NCBI GenBank assembly: GCA_038087875.1
Contig: JAXLNO010000664.1
Coordinates: forward strand, 1 to 64,000
DNA length: 64,000 nt
Direction of reading: 5' to 3'
Source of the DNA: Malacoraja senta
Lineage: Eukaryota
The notes under the pieces were generated by a model. It saw only the letters and a program-made list of their open reading frames with translations. It searched no databases and had not been told where the DNA came from. The translations under genes were made by a program, and so were the position numbers. Positions 1 to 10,555 of this stretch are shown piece by piece; within the stretch, counting starts at the first letter, position 1; every line of letters begins with the position of its first letter.

Positions 1-593
1 AGCGGGGCCAGGTGAGGAGCTGTTCTGCTGGCGGGGAGGATTTGATGAACTTTTCAGAAGGTTTTGTTTGGCGGGGAGAAACAAAAGCAGTCAGACTTTG
101 CAGTTCAGAGCTTTGTCGATCTGCAGAGACTTTCTTTGTTCAAGGATTCCTCTAATTAGGGAGGATTTGTCCGTGTATCTGTAAAGTCGTAGGAGCGGCA
201 GTGGCTGGCGGAAGGCCAAGTTACACTTGAACGAGTGGGAGCTGAGTCTAGAGTGGTGTTTGTGGTCAGTAACATCAGAAAGCTCCCTCCTACACCGACT
301 TGCCCGGTCCAGGTGGGCTGGGTAAGAACGGCAACAGTGCCTTGGATTTCGTTGAAGCCGGGGAGGAGTCGGAGGCCTGAGGAAGAAGCATAAGGAAGCT
401 CCATTTTTTTACGACGGGGAGGATTGGCACGGACATTTCCTATCTTATCAGGAGGAGACTGCTTCTGTTGCTTGCCAAGAAAGCCTTCACAGGACTATTT
501 AACTGCTGCAAAAGAGTGGAGGTGCAGCAACAGCAGAAAGACTGCTTTGGATATAAACTACTGATACTTTGTGTGTTGTGCCACGCCCTAAAG

Positions 594-2696
594 ATGGCGG
601 CCCCTCAGAGTTATGCAGCTGTCGTGCGGTCGGCAGTCTCAGAGACTGAGGGCCATGAGTTGATGGGGCGCACATATGGTGTAAAAATGTACATGAAGAG
701 CAACCTGCCCTTAAAAGCCTTTCTAGATGCGTTGGGTGAGACTGTTGGCAAGAAAGCCATAGTCTCGGGCGCGGTGGTCAGTGGGAAGGTTGTGGTTATA
801 CTAAAGACTGAACAGGCGGTGGCTCTGGCTCTGGAAAGGGGGGTAACAGCAGGGGGGATTTTCGCGGCGGTGGACCCATGGGGGGGTCCCGTTTTGCCGG
901 TCATTCTGTCCAATGTTCCCACTTTTGTTCCGGATGCGCTCCTGCTCCCACATGTAAGGAAGCTGGGGGAGGTGCAGTCAGGGCTCACCAAACTGTTGTA
1001 CAGGTTTGACGATCCTGAGATGCAGCATGTATATACATTCAAGCGTCGCGTGTATATACAGTTGGCAAAGGGGATGGACACGGAGGGGAGTTTTGAGGTG
1101 GAGGTGGATGATTTCTCCTATCGCGTGTTCTGGAATGCGGGCCAAGTGCGTTGTCACGGTTGCAAACAGGTGGGGCATTTTCGCAAGAATTGTCCCAGGA
1201 CCCGGGCTGCCAGTTCCACCACGATGGCACGGGAAAGCACTACTGGCCCATCTGGGGCTGCTGGTTTTACCACGGTGGCCCGTGAAGGCTTTACTCCCCT
1301 ACCCCCAACCCCTATCCCCCCACCACCCCCATGTCCCGTACCTGTGGCGGTGGATGCCGGAGAAGTGCGTAGGGTGGATGGGAAGGTTTGGGAGCATCAG
1401 CAGGGGAGGAAAGTCAATAAAAAGAAGAAACATCTCCAGGCTGATCCCCTAGAAGATGATCACCTCCAAGCGGGACCCCAGGAAGCAGATAATTTCATGC
1501 TCGCCTCTGAGATAGAAGGTAATGTGGAGGTAGAGGCTTCTGCAATGGAGCTCACCGTACCACCGTACGCCAGTGGTTCGAAGAGGAGGAGGCATGGGTC
1601 GTCCGATACAGAGAAGGGCCCTGAAGTTCAGGGGCAACCTGAAGGGGAGCCTTCCCCTCCTGTTGAGGTGGGGTACCCAGGGCAAGTTTCCTCTGAGGGG
1701 GAGGATGCCTCTGTAGGTCTGGGGCCACCTGAGAGTGGCGATATATTGCTCTTGGGGGCTGTTCCCCCAGAAAACATGTCTGCTAGCTTAGTGGATGACC
1801 AGGGGCAGCCTGAAGGGGGGGAATTGGGTGAGGGGGTGGGTCCCCAACATGAGCTCCCCGTTGAGGCTACAAGCCCAGTTGAGGGGTGTAATGCCCCACT
1901 GGTTGAGGGAGCAGGGGAGACTCCAGTAACATCGGCCCCTGAGGGACACAGTGGGGTGATTCACCTGGTGGTGGGGGACGGGGACTCTCTGGGTGACGGT
2001 GCAGGGGCGGATACCCTGGGTGCGGAGGAGGGCAAGATCGTTTTGGATCGTGTCCTTAGGTCGGACTCCAGACAGACCCGCTTACAGCAAGGCCCGGAGA
2101 CTTGCTCTGAGTTCACTGTTCCCAATCTGGTTACAGAGGGCGATGGGAGCGTGCAGGAGACTGGCCAACTGTCAGAAAGCTTGCCGCGGTCAGAGGCACC
2201 GGTACCTGCCCCTGTCACTGATCCTGGGGGTGGGATGGTGACAGAGGAGGGACTGTGTGATGTGGCTGGAATGCCCACCTCACAGGGAGGGGTGAGCGAG
2301 GCGGCTGAGAGTAGTAACCATCTGGACTCGGGCTCGGACATTGAGTGTGAGGAGGAGGGGTACCCGGAGTCCATCGACAATGAGTTGACGGACTGCTCCA
2401 CCCGCGGCCCCGTGTCTCAACTTGTCGAAGTCTGGGAACTTCGGAAGTTCTTAAAGGACACTAGAGGGAGTAGGAACAAGGTGGAGTTGGCTGTCGACCG
2501 CTGGTCGGACCTGATGGCGCCCATGCAGTCCATTCATGCCATCCTTCAGAAGAAGGGGAATGAGGCGGGGCTAGTAAGAAATGAGAGGCGCCAGTTCCAA
2601 GAGCTTTTTAAGGCCCTAAAGAGAGGGAAGAAGGGTAGGGGCGGCTCCAATCCATCACCGGGGTCGGGTAAAAGATCAAGTGTACTTTCAAAATGA
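594..2696 (+). CDS. Tx1-like ORF1 (gag-like nucleic-acid-binding protein)
   Basis: First in-frame ATG at 594 (AAGATGGCG; the ORF track starts at TTG 468); MAAPQSYAAVV N-terminus, VILSNVPTFV motif, CHGCKQVGHFRKNC zinc knuckle, long acidic low-complexity tail. Confidence 0.88.
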   Translation: MAAPQSYAAVVRSAVSETEGHELMGRTYGVKMYMKSNLPLKAFLDALGETVGKKAIVSGAVVSGKVVVILKTEQAVALALERGVTAGGIFAAVDPWGGPVLPVILSNVPTFVPDALLLPHVRKLGEVQSGLTKLLYRFDDPEMQHVYTFKRRVYIQLAKGMDTEGSFEVEVDDFSYRVFWNAGQVRCHGCKQVGHFRKNCPRTRAASSTTMARESTTGPSGAAGFTTVAREGFTPLPPTPIPPPPPCPVPVAVDAGEVRRVDGKVWEHQQGRKVNKKKKHLQADPLEDDHLQAGPQEADNFMLASEIEGNVEVEASAMELTVPPYASGSKRRRHGSSDTEKGPEVQGQPEGEPSPPVEVGYPGQVSSEGEDASVGLGPPESGDILLLGAVPPENMSASLVDDQGQPEGGELGEGVGPQHELPVEATSPVEGCNAPLVEGAGETPVTSAPEGHSGVIHLVVGDGDSLGDGAGADTLGAEEGKIVLDRVLRSDSRQTRLQQGPETCSEFTVPNLVTEGDGSVQETGQLSESLPRSEAPVPAPVTDPGGGMVTEEGLCDVAGMPTSQGGVSEAAESSNHLDSGSDIECEEEGYPESIDNELTDCSTRGPVSQLVEVWELRKFLKDTRGSRNKVELAVDRWSDLMAPMQSIHAILQKKGNEAGLVRNERRQFQELFKALKRGKKGRGGSNPSPGSGKRSSVLSK

Positions 2697-5600
2697 AGCT
2701 CACTATAGCCAGCCTTAATATCAATGGGGGCAGGGGGTCTATCCGTAGGTTTCACCATCTCTCAGTGCTCAGAGACGGGAGATATGCGGTGAGCTTCCTG
2801 CAGGAAACACACACTGTGGCTAGTGATGAACCCACATGGCTCCTGGAGTGGGAAGGGGGGGTCTATATGAGTCATCTCAGCTCCAAATCGAGTGGAGTAG
2901 CCTTCCTGTTGGCCCCGTCTTTCCAGCCGGAGATCCTCAAAGTGCAGGAGGTTGTACCAGGCCGTTTGCTGTATCTGGCCGTGCGCTTGGATGGTGTGCC
3001 ATTACACTTCGTTAATGTGTACGCCCCCAAGATCGGCGCAATGCAGACGCGCTTAACAGGGGAAGTGACCACGTTGTTGAATACTATCGACCGTGGGGAG
3101 TGTGTTTTCCTTGGGGGAGATTTTAATTGTGCCCTTGAGACAAGAGATCGCTCTGGCGTTCAGCGTGACCCGGGAGCAGTGAAGACTTTGAGGGAGATGG
3201 TGGACTCTTTTGAGCTGGTAGATGCTTGGCGGAATTTCCATCCTGACTCTAACGCCTTCTCGTACAGGTTTGAGGGTGGTGGGTCCCGTATTGATCATTT
3301 ATACGTGTCCAAGGCCTATGTCTCTTGTGTTTCGGCAGCCTCCATGCAGCCGGCGCCATGCTCGGACCATTGCCTGGTGCGAGTGGACTTTATCCCAGCG
3401 CGCACACGGGCAGGGTCCGCGTACTGGCATTTAAATAGCCAGCTGTTGGAGGATTGCCGATTCCGGGATTCATTCAGGCAGTTCTGGGTGAGGTGGAGAG
3501 AGAGGCAGGGGCGTTTCCTTTCCCTAAGGCAGTGGTGGGACGTGGGGAAAGTCTACGTCCGTCAGTTTTGCCAGGACTATGCGAGGGGGTCGACCAAGGG
3601 GCGGGAATCCGAGATCGGACGGCTTGAGAGAGAGTTGCTCGACTCGGAGGCTCATCTGGATCAGACTGGTGGGGCTTCGTGTGAGTGGGAGGAATACCAG
3701 GAGAAGAAGGGAGCACTGAGGGACTTGCAGCTTAGGAGGTCCCGGGGTGCGTATGTGAGGTCGCGGGTCCAGATGTTGCACGACCTGGACCGCGCCTCCC
3801 CCTTTTTCTTTTCTCTGGAGAAGGGGCGAGGAGCCCGCAGGCAGCTTGTAGAGTTGCTTGCGGATGATGGCTCCTCTGTCACAGATCCAGAGAGCATTGG
3901 TGCCTCGGTTCGGTCTTTCTACAGGACTCTGTTCTCAGCTGGCACATCGAGTGGGGAGGCGCAAGAAGTCCTGTGGGAGGGCTTACCCGTAGTGTGCAAT
4001 GATGTGGCTGAACACCTGGATGATCCCCTAACTCTGGAGGAGTTGACTGGTGCCCTGCACCAGCTTAGGAGGGGCAAGTCTCCAGGGCTGGATGGGCTGA
4101 CTGTGGAGTACCTTAGAGCCTTCTGGGATGTCCTGGGGGGCGACTATATGAAGGTCCTGGGGGAGAGCCTGGCGACCGGGGAGATGCCTTTCTCTTGGCG
4201 CAGGGCAGTTGTTGTCCTGCTGCCCAAGAAGGGCGATCTTCGCCTTTTGAAGAACTGGCGCCCGGTCTCTCTCCTCAGCACGGACTATAAAGTCTTTGCA
4301 AGGGCATTGGCGAATCGCCTGGGTCCCGTGCTGTCCCAGGTGATCCACCCTGACCAGTCGTACACAGTCCCGGGCCGGTCCATCCAGGACAATATCCATC
4401 TGCTCCGGGACCTGATCCATCTGTCCCAGGGGGCTGGTCAGTCGGTCGCCTTTCTCTCCCTCGACCAGGAGAAGGCGTTTGACAGGGTGGAGCACGACTA
4501 CCTTCTTGGGACTCTGCAGGCGTTCGGATTTGGACCGCATTTTGTGGCCTGGGTCCGACTGTTATATACTGCTGCAGAATGCCTTGTTAAGGTCAACGGC
4601 TCTTTGTTGGCCCCCATTCCCTTTGGGAGGGGGGTTCGTCAGGGATGTCCCATGTCCGGCCAGCTGTATTCCATCTGTGTCGAGCCTTTCCTGTGCCTTC
4701 TCCGGAGGCGGTTGACAGGCCTGGCTTTACCGGGGCCGGGGATGGAGGTGGTTCTCTCGGCCTACGCCGATGATGTCCTTCTGATGTTCACCGACCCTGT
4801 TGACCTGCGGAGGATGCGTGAGTGCCAGCAGGTTTTCTCGGCTGCATCCTCCGCCAGGATCAACTGGGGGAAGTGTTCTGGTCTCTTGATGGGTGGGTGG
4901 CAGGTGGACTCCCTGCCGGAGGAGATGGCAGGTTTTGCGTGGAGTACCACGCACCTCCTTTATCTGGGGGTCTACCTGAGTCCCGCTGAGGAGGGGTGGC
5001 CGGCGAACTGGCAGGAGCTGGAGGCGAAAGTGGTCGCCCGGCTGGGACGTTGGTCAGGCCTACTTGGTGTGCTCTCTTACCGGGGCAGGGCTATAGTTAT
5101 AAACCAGCTGGTGGCCTCTCTACTGTGGTACCGGATGGCCACTATGGTCCCATCCTCTTATTTTATAACCATGTTACAGAGGAGATTGGTCAACTTCTTC
5201 TGGGGGGAGAGGAACCACTGGGTCTCTGCTGGGGTTCTGAGTCTCCCGTTGGAGGAGGGTGGTCAGGCGCTGGTCTGTATTCGTACCCAGGTGGCGGCTC
5301 TCCGACTCAGGACCCTGCGGAGGTACGTCTACTCGGACTACCCTCCTAAATGGCACGTGCTGGCGACGTACTTTTTCCGTCAGGGGCGGTGCCTTCAGGA
5401 GGGCTCCCGGCTCCCGGTAGCGGGCATGAGTCGACGCGCTAGGCGGGAGTTGCCTGGCTTTTACCGTGAAGTCCTGAAGGCCAGGAATTTGGTCACCTTC
5501 AGCCAGGGCCCTGCTCCTCAGGGGGAGGGGGGTGTCGTGGCTGTGACGGTGGGTATCGAGGAGAGGCGTGTGCATGGAGCGATTCCGGACGAGCTTACCC

Positions 5601-6370
5601 CCGCTCAGTCGGAATTGTTCATAGGGCCCATGGCCCGGGACCCTCCCCGAGAGCCGGCCCCATGCAACATGAGCCGCCTTTCTGAGATGCCCAGTGTGCC
5701 ATTCCGTGGCGCGGAGAGGCGAGTACTGTACAGGCTGCTCTTGCACACTCTCCACTTCCTCGCCCTCGTCTTCCGTCCAGACACACCCTGGCGGTCCGTG
5801 TTACCACCTGACGAGGGGAGCGGTCCCCAGTGGAGGTATCTCTACAAGGGAGTCCTCCCCCTTTACATCGGGGACCTGGGGTGGAGAGTTTTGCACAAAG
5901 CCGTGGCCTGTAATAGGTACTTGAGCCGGTTCACGGACTCTTCCCCTGCTTGTCATTTCTGCGGTGAGGAAGAGACCGTGTTCCACGTGTATATAGAGTG
6001 CGAGAGGTTGCAGCCCCTGTTCGAGTATTTGAAAGGGCTGCTCCTCAAGTTTTGGTTACATTTTAGTCCAACGCTATTAATTTATGGGCACCCGGTAAAG
6101 AGGGGGGAGGGTCGGGAGGGAGGAGGGGGTCTCCCTGTCGGACTGCTCCTGGGCCTGGCCAAGATGGCCATTCGCGGGTCCAGGCAGCGGGCGGTCGATG
6201 GCCGCACAGCGGTCGGCTGCCTGCCCCTTTTCCGGGGTTACGTCCGTGCCCGCGTGTCCCTAGAGAGGGAACACGCGGTGTCCACGGGGACTGTGGAGGC
6301 CTTCTGTGAACGCTGGTCACCGCAGGAGGTTGAATATATTATAGATAAAAATGTTAATATTTTAATTTGA
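2693..6370 (+). CDS. Tx1-like ORF2: APE endonuclease, reverse transcriptase and CCHC zinc finger (1225 aa)
   Basis: LNING, LQETH, GDFN and SDH endonuclease motifs; KSPGLDG, WRPVSLL, DQEKAFD, GVRQGCP and YADD RT motifs; CHFCGEEETVFHVYIEC. Confidence 0.96.
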   Translation: MKLTIASLNINGGRGSIRRFHHLSVLRDGRYAVSFLQETHTVASDEPTWLLEWEGGVYMSHLSSKSSGVAFLLAPSFQPEILKVQEVVPGRLLYLAVRLDGVPLHFVNVYAPKIGAMQTRLTGEVTTLLNTIDRGECVFLGGDFNCALETRDRSGVQRDPGAVKTLREMVDSFELVDAWRNFHPDSNAFSYRFEGGGSRIDHLYVSKAYVSCVSAASMQPAPCSDHCLVRVDFIPARTRAGSAYWHLNSQLLEDCRFRDSFRQFWVRWRERQGRFLSLRQWWDVGKVYVRQFCQDYARGSTKGRESEIGRLERELLDSEAHLDQTGGASCEWEEYQEKKGALRDLQLRRSRGAYVRSRVQMLHDLDRASPFFFSLEKGRGARRQLVELLADDGSSVTDPESIGASVRSFYRTLFSAGTSSGEAQEVLWEGLPVVCNDVAEHLDDPLTLEELTGALHQLRRGKSPGLDGLTVEYLRAFWDVLGGDYMKVLGESLATGEMPFSWRRAVVVLLPKKGDLRLLKNWRPVSLLSTDYKVFARALANRLGPVLSQVIHPDQSYTVPGRSIQDNIHLLRDLIHLSQGAGQSVAFLSLDQEKAFDRVEHDYLLGTLQAFGFGPHFVAWVRLLYTAAECLVKVNGSLLAPIPFGRGVRQGCPMSGQLYSICVEPFLCLLRRRLTGLALPGPGMEVVLSAYADDVLLMFTDPVDLRRMRECQQVFSAASSARINWGKCSGLLMGGWQVDSLPEEMAGFAWSTTHLLYLGVYLSPAEEGWPANWQELEAKVVARLGRWSGLLGVLSYRGRAIVINQLVASLLWYRMATMVPSSYFITMLQRRLVNFFWGERNHWVSAGVLSLPLEEGGQALVCIRTQVAALRLRTLRRYVYSDYPPKWHVLATYFFRQGRCLQEGSRLPVAGMSRRARRELPGFYREVLKARNLVTFSQGPAPQGEGGVVAVTVGIEERRVHGAIPDELTPAQSELFIGPMARDPPREPAPCNMSRLSEMPSVPFRGAERRVLYRLLLHTLHFLALVFRPDTPWRSVLPPDEGSGPQWRYLYKGVLPLYIGDLGWRVLHKAVACNRYLSRFTDSSPACHFCGEEETVFHVYIECERLQPLFEYLKGLLLKFWLHFSPTLLIYGHPVKRGEGREGGGGLPVGLLLGLAKMAIRGSRQRAVDGRTAVGCLPLFRGYVRARVSLEREHAVSTGTVEAFCERWSPQEVEYIIDKNVNILI

Positions 6371-6467
6371 TAATTATGTGTAAATGGTTTTTAAAATTGT
6401 GTGAGCTTTCTACCCTTCCTTGTAAATTGTACATTTGTTTAAAAATCTAATAAAAAAACATTTACGG

Positions 6468-6506
<39 letters not shown>

Positions 6507-6522
6507 TGGGGCCAAGAAAATT

Positions 6523-7568
6523 GAAGATAGACACAAAATGCTGGAGTAACTCAGCGGGACCAGCAGCATCTCTGGAGAGAAGGAATGGATGATGTTTCGG
6601 GTCAAGACCCTTCTTTTTTAGATTTTTATTTCTTGTCATTTGAACCTCAAAGAGGCTCAAACGAAACTCCGTTTCCACAGCCATACAAACAAAACAATTC
6701 CTGCACGACACACAAACAATTCAATTTACAGAAAAACGTCCATCACAGTGAATCTCCTCCTCACTGTGATGGAAGGCAAAGTCTTTTCTCTCCCCTGCAC
6801 CATTTTTCTCCCGATGTTGAAGCCCCAGGTGGGCAATGTTAAGTCCCACGGCCGTTGAGGCCGCGCCGGGCGGTGTACGGCCTCGCTCCGGGCCCAAAAG
6901 TCACAAAGTAGGAGCCCCCGGCGGGCGCTGGAATGTCCCGCGGCCATTAAAGCTGCGCCGGGCAAATTACGGCCCCGCTCCGGGTCGTTCCAACCCCGTG
7001 ACACGGGCGGGAGAAGTTGCGTTGTGGGAGCTCCGGAAAGCGGTCTCTTACCCGGACCCGCGAGCTCCCGATATCATAGTCCACAGGTCTGCAGCTGGAG
7101 CTCCGGAGTCTGGCCGCAGCAGCGAGCCACCACCGCTCCCCACGCTCCGAGGCCGGCCAGCCCCACGATGGTAAGTCCGCAGCTCCGCAGGCTCCGCGAC
7201 TGGAGCCCCCAGGTCGTCCCGGTCGGAGGCCGCTCCACGGAGCTAGGCCCCAACGACAACGGAGACCCGACAGGGAAAAGGTCGGGTCTCCCGTGCAGGG
7301 AAAAGATTTTTAAAGTTCCCCCCTCCCCCCCCCCTCCCCCTCCCCTCCCCCCCACATATACACAGTTAAAAACAGTATAAAAAAACACAAACAACTACAT
7401 TTAACTAGACAAAAAAATTTAAAAAGACAGACAGACTGCAGTAATCCGCGCCGCCGCACTTCTGCTCTCAGACTGAAGAAGGGTCTCGACACGAAACATC
7501 ACCCATTGCTTCTCTCCAGAGATGCTGCCGGTCCCGCTGAGTTACTCCTTCATTTTGTGTCCATCTTC
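6523..7568. repeat. Inverted pair of Penelope-like 3'-terminal repeats, split at its centre by an insertion
   Basis: 6523-6615 (gaagatagacacaaaatgctggagtaactc...gacccttctt) is the reverse complement of about 7470-7568 (ctgaagaagggtc...gtgtccatcttc). Confidence 0.8.
6616..7468 (-). mobile_element. GC-rich non-coding, non-autonomous retroposon with a Rex1/L2-like 3' tail
   Basis: Minus-strand end tttcgtttgagcctctttgaggttcaaatgacaagaaataaa plus A-rich tail; several strong hairpins; interrupts the palindrome centre. Confidence 0.55.
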
Positions 7569-7569
7569 A

Positions 7570-7705
7570 AATGACGTCACGCGCTCCAGACAGCTGTGCG
7601 GTCGAATGAAGTCGCGCCCACCTTCGCGGGACTGTCGCGCCTCAATGCGACCACGAAGTCGCGTAATTAGCGTGCCAAGGACACGTAAGTGGGACAGGGC
7701 TTTAA
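7570..7705. mobile_element. Truncated MITE of the GGGCCTGTCCCAC-terminus family
   Basis: Ends gtaagtgggacagggctttaa, matching the right terminus of the 15573, 24262 and 63304 copies. Confidence 0.6.
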
Positions 7706-8304
7706 ATGTAAACTAAACTAAACTCCACTGCTGCACCATTGTGTCGGTTCTCCATCTCCCTTTTACTGCAAGGACGTAGAGGCTTTGGATAGGGTGCATA
7801 CAAGGCTTAGTGGGTTTTAGCTACAAGTAGAGGCTGAACAAATTTGGATGTTTTAATGTTTTCAGAAAAGTGTTTACTTAAAATACACGGCATGCATTTC
7901 TCTTTGCCTAACAGATTGGCTATATTCTGCCCAAGTGCTGACACCTAATACATTCTGTTCCCCTTGTGTTGTAGATTCTCCAATCCCACTTCCATGGCGT
8001 GAATGCAAATGAAATAGATCTAACACAATCTTTACCACAAATGCAAAGGTTGGGATTTATTTGTGCTTTTGGTTTGATAAAATCCATGGCTGTTTACACA
8101 ACCAGGGTTTTAAAACAGCCTGGTATTGATCTCCATCACTTTTACCTGATGCATTTGAAGCTGAGACAAATTATTGATGGCAATAAAGCTTAAAGAATAC
8201 TGGGTTAGCAATATACATCACACTCTAGGTTTGTGCCAATGCCAGTTCTCAGGATATTTTATTGGAGACAACCTCCTTCAGATTTTAATTCCTCAGATAC
8301 AATT

Positions 8305-8583
8305 GCGGCACAGTGCTGCAGCTGGTAGTGCTGCTGCCTCACTATGCCAGAGACCCGGGTTCGATCCTCACCTTGGGATGCTGTCTGTGTGGTGTTTGCA
8401 TATTCTCTCTGGCACCACACGGGTTTCTTCCGGACGCTCCAGTTTCCTCCTACATCCCAAAGATATGTGGGTTCATAGGTTAATTAGCCCTCGTTAGATT
8501 CCACCTGGAATGCAATTTGTAGGCATGGTCTCAGTGGGCCGAAGGGCCTGTTTCCATGCTATATCCCCAAACTCTAAACTTAA
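8305..8583 (+). mobile_element. HE1-like tRNA-derived V-SINE
   Basis: tRNA-like head with B box GGGTTCGATCC, V-domain-like gtttcctcc..catccc aaaga, tail gggccgaagggcctgtttcc..ctaaact. Confidence 0.8.
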
Positions 8584-9316
8584 AAGGTATCAGTTTGGTA
8601 AGAAGCATAGAATCATAGAGTTAGGCAGCATGAATACAGATCCTTCAGTCCAACTTGACCATGCTAACCAAGATTCCCATCTATTCTTGTCCCATTTGCC
8701 TTCATCGGGATCTGGCAGATTAAAGTTAACAACAATGCCAAGACTATTAACTCTTTTGATATCAGAAATTAGAATGAGAAAATCTATGGAAGCAAGAGAT
8801 ACAATCCCAATTTATATATATGACTTTATTTTTATTTTTTAAATTGCCAGTAAAGGATAGCATTAAAGCTAAACCTAGTCCTGCACAGACTGAGTACTTC
8901 TGCCCAATTCTACACTGAAATGTCTGCAGGGAAATGTAGAGAGAATGTGATAATCTTAAAGGGCCACACATACAATGTTATATAACTGCCTCTTTCATGT
9001 TTATTTTTGGTTCATTTTTGGGGGTGGTAAGGGGGCGGTTCTATTAGTGTTTTCATCAAAAACTTGATATTTTTTCTTGCTAAAGTCTGCATTTAATAGT
9101 TGCATCAACCTTTGGTTGTTCGAAAATGAAACTAAATTGAAATCAGTTGCAGACTAATTCAGGCTTTTGTTTATTAGTTTAGTTTAGTTTAGTTGAGTTT
9201 TTACTTTTGTAACTTTATCAGTGCCCTATACATGGCGACTCTTTGCATACTTGTGCATTGTATGCAAAACAAAGAATTTCACTGTACCAAGTACATGTGA
9301 TAATAAAGTATCAATT

Positions 9317-9520
9317 TAGCGTAGTTTATAGTTCAGAGATACAGCTGGCCCATTGAGCCCACGCCAACCATCGATCACCCATTCGCACTAGGTCATATCC
9401 ACTCCCTACAGGGGGCAATTAACCTATAAACCCGCATGTCTATGGGATGTGGGAAGAAACTGGAGTGCCCGGAGGAAACCTATAGGGTCACAGGGAGAAT
9501 ATGCAAACTCTACATAGACA
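9317..9520 (-). mobile_element. HE1-like V-SINE fragment
   Basis: Reverse complement of the V-domain and tail (tgtgggaagaaactggag..gaaacc). Confidence 0.7.
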
Positions 9521-9650
9521 ATTAATAATCGTAATTCTAATTATAATCTTAATTGATATCCTTAATTACATTAATAATCTTCATTTGCTTTGAACGAATT
9601 GCAAACACCTTTTATTTCCCACCGTTTCCATCCATACTTATGATTTGAAG

Positions 9651-9742
9651 TTAGACACAAAATGCTGGAGTAACTGACCTCTTGAGTTATTCCAGCATTT
9701 TGTGTCTATCTTTGATATAAACCAGCATCTGCAGTTCCTTTT
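9651..9742. repeat. Short inverted pair of Penelope-like terminal repeats
   Basis: tagacacaaaatgctggagtaact ... agttattccagcattttgtgtcta. Confidence 0.7.
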
Positions 9743-9949
9743 CATTACATTAAGGTTTAGGCTAATATGGGCCCAGCGCAGGCAAATAGGTTCAGGTATG
9801 AAATCTGGTTGGCCTGGATGAGTTGGGTTAACAGTTCCATTTCCGTACTATATAACTCTATGACTGTACTCTGGGAGCTGAACGCTATCTTGGAGAATCA
9901 AGTATTGTGCCCTGCTTAATTCACAATAAACATTCATTCCTTCCATCTC

Positions 9950-10555
9950 TATAGTCATACAGTCATAGTTAAACAGTGTGGAAACAGGCCCTTCGACCCA
10001 ACTTGCCCACACCGACCAACGTGTCCCTACACCAGCCCCACCTGCCTGCTTTTGGCCCATATCCCTCCAAACATACCCTATTCATATACCTGTCTAAATA
10101 AACATTGCAACTTACCTGCCTCAACTTTCTCCCCTGGCAGCTTGTTCCATACAACTTCAACCATTTGTGTAAAAAAATGACCCCTCAGGTTCCCATTAAA
10201 TCTTCCCCCCCTCACCTTAAACTTAAGTCCTTTGGTTCTTGATTTCCCTACTCTGGGCAAAAGACTCTGCATTTACCCGATCATTTCCACTCATGATTTT
10301 GTGCACCTCTGTAAGATCACCTCTCATGCTCCTGCGCTTCAAAGAATAAAGTCCTTGGCCTGCTCAACCTCTCCCTATAGATCAGTCCCTATAGTCCTGG
10401 CAACATCCTGGTAAATCTTCTCTGAACTCTTCCAAGCTTGACAACATATTTCCTATAACATGGCGACCACATCTAAATGTGGCCTCACCAACATCTCACA
10501 TAACAGGAACATGACCTTCCAACTTCTATACTCAAAACTCTGACTGATGGAGGCC
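9950..10555 (-). mobile_element. CR1-type LINE 3' fragment
   Basis: Minus-strand peptide RTKGLKFKVRGGRFNGNLRGHFFTQMVEVVWNKLP and the shared SINE/LINE 3' tail. Confidence 0.85.

Larger units (their letters stand above)
1..6503 (+). mobile_element. Tx1-clade (L1 group) non-LTR retrotransposon, both ORFs intact; 5' end probably lies upstream of the window
   Basis: ORF1 with CCHC knuckle; ORF2 with APE endonuclease, RT and C-terminal CCHC; short AT-rich 3' UTR, AATAAA at 6449-6454, uninterrupted poly(A) at 6468-6503. Confidence 0.95.

Noticed and set aside
468..593. N-terminal extension of ORF1 from TTG 468
   Set aside because: Non-ATG start; the ATG at 594 has strong context and gives the typical SYAAVV N-terminus
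611..6320. Numerous antisense and alternative-frame ORFs over the Tx1 element
   Set aside because: Expected shadows of GC-rich coding sequence; no recognisable motifs
8305..8375. tRNA-like sequences with A and B boxes (here and in other SINE heads)
   Set aside because: They are SINE 5' heads continuing into the V-domain; no complete cloverleaf
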